Of a stretch of DNA of 42,296 nucleotides, positions 36,455 through 42,296 are shown piece by piece. The notes under the pieces are model-generated. The model was given only the letters and a program-made list of their open reading frames with translations, was not told the DNA's origin and made no database searches. The DNA is from a virus (taxonomy: Duplodnaviria; Caudoviricetes). Both the position numbers and the translations under genes were made by a program. Position 1 is the first letter of the stretch. Each line of letters starts with the position of its first letter. The stretch is taken from positions 1 to 42,296 of the IMG/VR virus record IMGVR_UViG_3300038314_001501; one strand, 5' to 3'.

Positions 36455-37497
36455 ACCACAATCTGCTCTCTTCTCCTCGTTTTGTTAATGCTGTCCCAAA
36501 TTTTACTAGCAGTTTTGGTATATTCTCTTCCTATTACTTGAATAGGTTTATACTTTGAAATACGAGTGAAAAAATCCCCTCCATTTATTACTTCGCCTCC
36601 GATCTTTTTGTCACCTACAACGAAAATAATGATGGCATCATCCGTCGTCACTTTTTCTATTTCATCCAGACAGCGAACCATATCTTGTTCATAGGTACCC
36701 CGATTTTGTATTAATCCCGATTTAATACGCTCAAAATCATTGTCAAAAACATGGTGGACTATTCGTGTGTAGTAGGAGGTATAATCCAAGCAGTCAAAGT
36801 AAGGAGGGCTCGTGTACACAATATCAACTGATTTGGGAGGTATCAATTCACTTAATTTCCTAGTATCTCCTGATATGACCTTCGCATTGTTGCTAGGTAG
36901 GGGATAGCCATGCTTGGTTATTTTAGATAGAAATCGATCAGCGAAATTAATGTAGCGCTTGTTTTCGCTCAATTGCCCTATCTGAGTCGAAGTCCATTTA
37001 TAGTGGTTACAAGCTCTTGCCACCAAGCATATTGTACCGAGGAATACCGCCTTCTCATAGTTACTGAATTCATGATAGTGTTGCTTAAGGAGTATTATTT
37101 CGTTCGCAGTGTCTGGGTGAAAATAGCGCTCAGCTTTGGGAGGAATCGGATGTATAGAACTGAAGTCTATTTTTCCTATAATCCGGTTTAGACGATACAT
37201 GCTATTCTCTGACGAGAACTGATTTATCTTGCCAATAGCAATTTGAATTGCTATTGGATTATTATCTACACCGATGGCATATCTCAATCTCTTAGCAGCT
37301 TCGTAAACAATAGTTCCTGAACCACAAAAGGGATCTAGTAGTACTTTGTCATGGGATAACTGACCGATAACATTAGCGGCATCTAAGGAAGATATCTTGC
37401 CGCGATAAGGGTATATACCATGAATCGAATTCTGGTTACTTACTGATTCCAACTTTGTGAATGATAATTGTTCCGTAACCACCAATGTTATCTCCAA
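36433..37497 (-). CDS. N4-C-type DNA methyltransferase (alpha-like motif order)
   Basis: HGIYPYRGK, LLDPFCGSGT precede TSPPY. Confidence 0.88.
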   Translation of the reverse strand: MEITLVVTEQLSFTKLESVSNQNSIHGIYPYRGKISSLDAANVIGQLSHDKVLLDPFCGSGTIVYEAAKRLRYAIGVDNNPIAIQIAIGKINQFSSENSMYRLNRIIGKIDFSSIHPIPPKAERYFHPDTANEIILLKQHYHEFSNYEKAVFLGTICLVARACNHYKWTSTQIGQLSENKRYINFADRFLSKITKHGYPLPSNNAKVISGDTRKLSELIPPKSVDIVYTSPPYFDCLDYTSYYTRIVHHVFDNDFERIKSGLIQNRGTYEQDMVRCLDEIEKVTTDDAIIIFVVGDKKIGGEVINGGDFFTRISKYKPIQVIGREYTKTASKIWDSINKTRRREQIVVWDKSKW

Positions 37498-37509
37498 TCT
37501 TTTCTTGAA

Positions 37510-37737
37510 CTAGTAAAAACCCTCAACCCTAAGTTTAGTTCTAAAGCCTCTAATTAGCGTAGTAATATCTCGAAAGAATAGCTGGCGATTGTCTTCTATA
37601 TGAAGCTCTTCTTTTTTAAAAAACGAAAGTTGTCCTGCTTCCTCAAAATATGATAGGTAATAATATTCAGGTTTGATATATTCTTTCCAGAATTCAAGTT
37701 GGCAGACATTGACGGGGTCTATCATTGTGATTGCCAT
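37510..37737 (-). CDS. Hypothetical protein in the MTase cassette
   Basis: AT-rich 75-aa ORF upstream of the paired MTases. Confidence 0.45.
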   Translation of the reverse strand: MAITMIDPVNVCQLEFWKEYIKPEYYYLSYFEEAGQLSFFKKEELHIEDNRQLFFRDITTLIRGFRTKLRVEGFY

Positions 37738-37847
37738 TGTCTCTTTAAATCGGAGTCCGCCGTACCGGTCGTAGGCTAGCGGTACGGACTTCAGTTCCCA
37801 AGAGCCAAAGTTGATCGAGTGCGCGAGTTCCTTTCTCTTCTCTTTTG

Positions 37848-38018
37848 CTAGCCACTTCTACCCCTAGACTGAAACGCTTTGATGGGATCTCCTCTACCAC
37901 GGTTTTTCCAATATCCCTGAAGGTTCAACTCTTCCTTCAAGACTCTATATAGAACCTGGGTGCGTTTCAGCCCCCTTATCTCTTTTCTTAACTGCTGCAA
38001 ATTTATCTTCGTGGCCAT
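37848..38018 (-). CDS. 56-aa basic protein, probably leaderless, candidate regulator
   Basis: MATKINLQQLRKEIRGLKRTQVLYRVLKEELNLQGYWKNRGRGDP...; ATG lies 7 nt after the -10 box. Confidence 0.55.
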   Translation of the reverse strand: MATKINLQQLRKEIRGLKRTQVLYRVLKEELNLQGYWKNRGRGDPIKAFQSRGRSG

Positions 38019-38024
38019 ATCGTA

Positions 38025-38053
38025 ACTATAGCATTTAGAGGTCTAAACGTCAA
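38025..38053 (-). promoter_or_regulatory. Sigma70 promoter with a palindromic operator in the spacer
   Basis: TTGACG (38053-38048), 17-nt spacer, TATAGT (38030-38025); TTTAGA-N2-TCTAAA at 38034-38047. Confidence 0.75.
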
Positions 38054-38091
38054 GTTTCGGTCGACGGCTACTACTGGCAGGGATATGGACA

Positions 38092-38637
38092 TTATTCCTT
38101 CCCTTCCGGTAGTGCCCCCCTTCGCTCTATTATCTCATCAAGCTCTGCGTCAGTCATCTCTTCCAGTGGCTTATGGGATGCCGGCTCGATCTCGTGCTTG
38201 GTGATATCACCAGGCTGGCCCCGGGATATCCGCTCGAGCTTGGCACCCTCGACTATCGCCCTGATGGCATCCCGATCAGCCATCTGTAACACTACAGTCT
38301 CCTTCAGACTACCATCGGCATTCAGGTATTTCCGCAACCCTAACGTCTGGAGTGCCATCGCCTGCTTGGTCTGCCGCTCTACCATATCAACGATAGCCTT
38401 CTCCTGTGCCTCTGCCCTAGCCTCGGCCATGTGGTCATCATGTAGATTGGCACGGTTGACCCAGTCATATCGCGATGACCACCTAGCGAGATGGCGGTAA
38501 TAACTTGGCTTTCTGTCGGCGTTGTCTAGGACTTTCTGTATTGACCTCTCCCTGGGGAGCATGTCCCGATACAGCATGAAGGCGTGGAATGCCTTCGCGG
38601 ACTCGGTTTCACGCCTGTGCCAAGGTTGTCTATCCAT
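38092..38637 (-). CDS. Terminase small subunit-like protein
   Basis: WHRRETESAKAFHAFMLYRD...RWSSRYDWVNRA; C-terminal MTDAELDE; follows ParB-MTase. Confidence 0.7.
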   Translation of the reverse strand: MDRQPWHRRETESAKAFHAFMLYRDMLPRERSIQKVLDNADRKPSYYRHLARWSSRYDWVNRANLHDDHMAEARAEAQEKAIVDMVERQTKQAMALQTLGLRKYLNADGSLKETVVLQMADRDAIRAIVEGAKLERISRGQPGDITKHEIEPASHKPLEEMTDAELDEIIERRGALPEGKE

Positions 38638-40144
38638 CTATCTTGACCGCCTTCTTCCCGGTGAATTGCTCCCACCGCTCTATTATAACATCGCAGTAAT
38701 GCTCGTCGATCTCCATCATGTAACACCGACGGTCTAGTTTCTCGCAGGCTATTAGGGTGGAGCCGGAGCCGCCGAAGGGGTCTACAGCAATGCCGCCATT
38801 CTGGCAGCTTGACTTGATAGCTCTGGCTATCATATCAACGGGCTTCGGCGTGGCGTGGCCATGTCGTTCTTCGCCTGTCACTCTCGGAAACTCCCACACA
38901 TCCGTCATATTGTCGTGGGTATTGTCAAAGTATGCACGGCTGGCATAGAACTCCCGCTTGAGTTCATCGTGGTCCCGCTTGAGTTCATCGTGGTCCCGCT
39001 TGAATGCATCGTGGTCCCCAACCTTCTTCGCTTCGGCTTGCAGTTTTTTGTAGTGTTCTTCGGGAATGAATACCCATTGCGATTCAGTGAACCAATGGGC
39101 ATACATCCCAACACCACATATCCGATTAATGTCCTTTGGTGTCCAACCCATTGCCTTACAATCCGCTTGTAGTTTGTGAAGTATGCCATCCCAGCCATGC
39201 CAATAATTGTCGGCGTTGTTGTTGAAGCCCTGCTCGCCCAGCATGAAAAACAGACAACGCTCTGTAGGCTGATACATTCGGAGAGCCCTTAGACGGTCAA
39301 AGCGGACAGCCTTTTTATCCCATGTAATTTCGTTCCTAAACGTAAGCCGCTCACTATTCTCCAATCCACCACAATACCACAACCGCCACAAACTCTCAGC
39401 ATTACCCCAAATATAGGCACCCCCATTATCCTCTAAATGTGGCCTGATAGCTCGCCACCATTCCATCTGAAAAGCATCTAATTTTTCACGATAAAGGTTG
39501 TCATTTGCAATTCCTTCTTTTTCTTTTCCCATTCCGTAAGGTGGATCTGCGTGTACTAAATCAGCCTTCTGCCCATCCATCAGCCTCTCGACATCGGTTA
39601 TCACAGTGGCGTCGCCGCACAGCAGTCGATGATTCCCCAGACTCCAGAGATCACCCCTCTTAGAAATCGATTCTGTGGGCTCTGGTATCTCATCATCTTC
39701 GATATTTCCCTCGGAGGGTTGGTGGAACTGCGTCATCAGGTCAGCCATGGCACCCTGGTCAAACCCCGTCAGGTCCATGTTGAAGGCGCCGGTATCCTGT
39801 TCTTCCAGGAGATCCTTCAGCACAGGGAAGTCCCACTCAGCCAGGAGAGCGGATTGATTATCCATGATGGCGTAGCCGGTGGCATCTGTGGGGTCATCCT
39901 CAACCATGACGGCGGCAACCTTGTCCCAGCCGAGCTCCCGCGCTGCCATCCATAAGCCGTTGCCAGCTTCAATAATCATGTCCTGTTGGCGGACGACTAT
40001 CGGTTTGCGTTGCCCGTAATGCTCAAGACTACGCCGTATAGCATCAAGATTCGCTTCGGGATGTTGCCGGGCATTCCGCTCATCCAGTTTAATGGAATCA
40101 ATCGGGATGGCTAGGGACTCCAGCTCCTTGATTATGTTGTCCAT
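38630..40144 (-). CDS. ParB/Srx-domain + N6-adenine DNA methyltransferase
   Basis: NARQH...SLEHYGQRKPIV...AGNG...DN (ParB-like); HRLLCGD, ADPPY, HATPKP, DPFGGSGS. Confidence 0.92.
   Translation of the reverse strand: MDNIIKELESLAIPIDSIKLDERNARQHPEANLDAIRRSLEHYGQRKPIVVRQQDMIIEAGNGLWMAARELGWDKVAAVMVEDDPTDATGYAIMDNQSALLAEWDFPVLKDLLEEQDTGAFNMDLTGFDQGAMADLMTQFHQPSEGNIEDDEIPEPTESISKRGDLWSLGNHRLLCGDATVITDVERLMDGQKADLVHADPPYGMGKEKEGIANDNLYREKLDAFQMEWWRAIRPHLEDNGGAYIWGNAESLWRLWYCGGLENSERLTFRNEITWDKKAVRFDRLRALRMYQPTERCLFFMLGEQGFNNNADNYWHGWDGILHKLQADCKAMGWTPKDINRICGVGMYAHWFTESQWVFIPEEHYKKLQAEAKKVGDHDAFKRDHDELKRDHDELKREFYASRAYFDNTHDNMTDVWEFPRVTGEERHGHATPKPVDMIARAIKSSCQNGGIAVDPFGGSGSTLIACEKLDRRCYMMEIDEHYCDVIIERWEQFTGKKAVKIDG
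38952..39018. repeat. 21-bp tandem repeat (~3 units) coding a heptad (HDELKRD)
   Basis: TCCCGCTTGAGTTCATCGTGG twice plus one variant copy. Confidence 0.9.
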
Positions 40145-40313
40145 TCAGCACCCTCTCTAGAATGGTTATCTCGCATCCATCTATATCGACAAGCAGGCCA
40201 GCCTTAACAAGGATATCCTTCAGAGCCTGCATCTTCTCCGCTCCCGTACCGTCAGAGATCTTGATCTCTGCGATAACCTTCATATTGGTCCTTTCCATAA
40301 TTCCCAGCACCAT
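40098..40313 (-). CDS. Hypothetical protein
   Basis: AGGAGG RBS; overlaps the ParB-MTase start. Confidence 0.5.
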   Translation of the reverse strand: MVLGIMERTNMKVIAEIKISDGTGAEKMQALKDILVKAGLLVDIDGCEITILERVLNGQHNQGAGVPSHPD

Positions 40314-40565
40314 TCGTGCCTCCTGTCAGTATGGTATGACAGTGGATACTCAGTTGTCAAGTGCTGGTCTTCGGGAGAGTTAATAGGCTGAAAACCGAGA
40401 AAGGATGCCAGAGAGGATGCCCGTTGAGGGTTTCCGCTAAACTCTTTGAGCACCGCAACTATGTCATCGCTTGCCTGCACATGCTCTCCTGAATCATAGA
40501 TTAACAAGTATATCTACAGTCACTACTGCAAGCTTCACCGCAATCAAGTACCTCTAGTCATGTCA

Positions 40566-40594
40566 ATTATATACATATATTCGCTTACGGACAA
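40566..40594 (-). promoter_or_regulatory. Putative promoter of the packaging/late operon
   Basis: TTGTCC (40594-40589), 17-nt spacer, TATAAT (40571-40566). Confidence 0.6.
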
Positions 40595-40773
40595 GGGGGT
40601 ATCCTTTCGGAACATCTCAGAAATTGGAATTGAAGCAGGCTGAACGTAGCAATATAGTGAGATGTGCTCACAGACTTTTGAATTGAAAAAGGACTCCTTT
40701 TGCGTCTATTAACGGATTATTAGTACTATTCTAGATTAAAGGATATGATAAAATAGTATCTGAATTTAGGAGT

Positions 40774-41000
40774 ATGATGATAACCCCATATTATAAAACC
40801 GAATTGGTAGCCAGACAAAACCCTACCGGGCGCCGAGAATAGAGTGGGTCAGGAAGATAGTTGAAGCCTGTGATAAGGCTGGCATCCCTGTGTTTCTTAA
40901 AGAGAATCTCTATGACCTACTTATGGATGCTCCCCATGACGATATATTCTGGGAGGATATGAGCCATTTAAGGCAGGAAATGCTGGGAGGAGTCGACTGA
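40774..41000 (+). pseudogene. Deletion chimera: MTase-like start joined out of frame to a DUF5131 (Gp37/Gp68) C-terminus
   Basis: MMITPYYKTEL.. in one frame; IGSQTKPYRAPRIEWVRKIVEACDKAGIPVFLKENL...LRQEM in another; junction near 40802-40808. Confidence 0.65.
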
Positions 41001-41467
41001 TGAAAAGATGGATTGCTAGGATTGCTTATACTATATGCCAGGCATGGGGCCAAGAGCCGGAGCAAATAATCTATCCCACAAAGACGGTCAAAGCGGACAG
41101 CGATGAGATCTATCGGATATTGAGGGAAGAATTCCCGAATGGTCAGATTTATATCTCAGATAGCACGGATTACTTCCTCTGCGCCTATGATGACATAGCG
41201 TATTTTCTGGCCAAGGATGAAACGAACCGGCAGGAGTATGTAGAAGAACGTTTTGATTGTGATGACTTCGCCGCTATGCTCTACGGTCAGTTTAGCACTC
41301 CAGACTGGAGCGATATGTGTGTGGGGTTGATATGGACAGAAAGACATGCTTTGAATATAATGATTTCCGTAGATAAAAGGGTCCTCTTCATAGAGCCTCA
41401 GTCGGACACGATACAGGAGAACTTACTGCCTTGGCAGGGCCAAGCCATGAGATTCATAATTATGTAG
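41000..41467 (+). CDS. Papain/transglutaminase-like cysteine protease (MOA agglutinin-C-like)
   Basis: FDCDDFA...HALN...FIEPQSD, a putative Cys-His-Glu triad. Confidence 0.7.
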   Translation: MKRWIARIAYTICQAWGQEPEQIIYPTKTVKADSDEIYRILREEFPNGQIYISDSTDYFLCAYDDIAYFLAKDETNRQEYVEERFDCDDFAAMLYGQFSTPDWSDMCVGLIWTERHALNIMISVDKRVLFIEPQSDTIQENLLPWQGQAMRFIIM

Positions 41468-41480
41468 AAAGGAGGTTAAT

Positions 41481-41663
41481 ATGGTTGACATCAAGAAGTG
41501 GTATCATAGTCGCACCCTCTGGCTTAATACATTGATTGCTGTGGGAGTTCTAATTCAGGCAATCACTGGCATGAACTGGCTGGATGCTCAGCTCCAGGGA
41601 GCCATAATAGTCATCGCAAACGTTATCCTGCGGCTTGTTACCAAACAAGGATTGACTAGATAG
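41481..41663 (+). CDS. Holin-like two-TM protein
   Basis: KKWYHSRTLWLN...ANVILRLVTK pattern; AGGAGG RBS. Confidence 0.75.
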   Translation: MVDIKKWYHSRTLWLNTLIAVGVLIQAITGMNWLDAQLQGAIIVIANVILRLVTKQGLTR

Positions 41664-41711
41664 CTTTGGTCCCGGATAAAGGAGGAGGACAATGAACAAA
41701 TCTTCATAATC

Positions 41712-42107
41712 CTATCCCCTGAGTCCCCTACGCTGCTGGCTGGTTGCCAATTCCTGTACTTTGACGAGTGTTTTATTGGCGCCGCCGGTTATCACTGTGT
41801 GCTGGCCCATCTCCAGGTGCTTGGCGTCATCGTAGAATATCACCCCGGCGTCAATCAAGCCATCCTGCCAGGGTTTGCATGCGCTCAATAAATTATCCAG
41901 ATCCCGCCGCCTGTTATCAGTGTGGAACTCATAGCTGATCCGCGCTCTCATCATCGGCTCATCATCATGCCACTGGACCTTAGCCAGCCAGCCGATCTCT
42001 TCACGCGATGTTTTCACTGCCTTGGCCTTCACCATAAAATGACAGCGCGAGTTCGGGTTAAGCTCCACGTATGGAAGATGATCGATTTCAATTATCAGAG
42101 TTCTCAT
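41712..42107 (-). CDS. rusA: RusA-like Holliday junction resolvase
   Basis: LNPN.R, RRRDLDNLLSACKPWQDGLIDAGVIFYDD; likely start ATG 42107. Confidence 0.8.
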   Translation of the reverse strand: MRTLIIEIDHLPYVELNPNSRCHFMVKAKAVKTSREEIGWLAKVQWHDDEPMMRARISYEFHTDNRRRDLDNLLSACKPWQDGLIDAGVIFYDDAKHLEMGQHTVITGGANKTLVKVQELATSQQRRGLRG

Positions 42108-42235
42108 TTCGGCTCCGGATGGCATTTTCCGCAGACATAAGCTCCTGGCCCACCAGTCGGAGAGGGCGGCCGCCACCACCATAGTTCTGATCCGCATATC
42201 GGGCACGGTTTATCAGGCTTGGTTAATTCAGGCAT
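42104..42235 (-). CDS. 43-aa Zn-ribbon peptide
   Basis: MPELTKPDKPCPICGSELWWWRPP...YVCGKCHPEPK*; GGAGG RBS; ATGA overlap with rusA. Confidence 0.6.
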   Translation of the reverse strand: MPELTKPDKPCPICGSELWWWRPPSPTGGPGAYVCGKCHPEPK

Positions 42236-42296
42236 ATATGCCTCCACTGGTGAGGCTTGCTATTCACGAGCCAAACCTTCCAGAATAGACTACGCC

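Noticed and set aside
37510-37737. 75-aa ORF as the cognate restriction endonuclease of the paired MTases
   Set aside because: Too short and no PD-(D/E)xK, HNH or GIY-YIG motif visible.
38952-39018. Repeat as a mini-CRISPR array
   Set aside because: Units are contiguous with no spacers, lie in frame within a CDS, and no cas genes are present.
970-40383. Numerous plus-strand ORFs of 60-231 aa in the ORF track (e.g. 22210-22803, 23459-24154, 24200-24835)
   Set aside because: They are antisense shadows of well-supported minus-strand genes, with no recognisable motifs.
1-42296. Stop-codon reassignment, diversity-generating retroelement, introns/inteins, IS elements
   Set aside because: Core genes are intact in the standard code and use all three stops. 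No reverse transcriptase, TR/VR pair, intein motif or transposase was recognised.

Overview
The window looks like a nearly complete, circularly permuted genome of a tailed dsDNA (siphovirus-type) phage or prophage, with almost all genes on the minus strand. Read in transcription order from right to left it contains: RusA; an inverted Cys-protease/holin pair; ParB-MTase; terS; terL; heptose and sugar-nucleotide genes; portal-MuF; ChaB-protease-scaffold; major capsid; glycosyltransferases; tail genes; and early genes ending in a replication initiator cut by the left edge. No integrase, canonical repressor or peptidoglycan hydrolase was recognised. Best candidate for a new system: a Mom-family (GNAT-like) adenine-hypermodification gene whose first ~29 codons contain a complete, CCA-ended, non-canonical tRNA-Gly(UCC)-like cloverleaf (6087-6162). 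This could be a self-encoded glycyl donor for DNA modification. Other points of interest: a second tRNA(CAU)-like element inside an epimerase 3' end; three AT-rich R-M cassettes lacking an intact nuclease (Type I with half-size HsdS and an HsdR stub, truncated Type III Mod, paired Type II MTases with their own promoter and operator); an NDP-heptose/glycosyltransferase set interleaved with head genes (probable virion glycosylation); a candidate protease-type lysin; and a probable +1 tail-chaperone frameshift. All protein calls come from motif recognition by eye, with no database searches.
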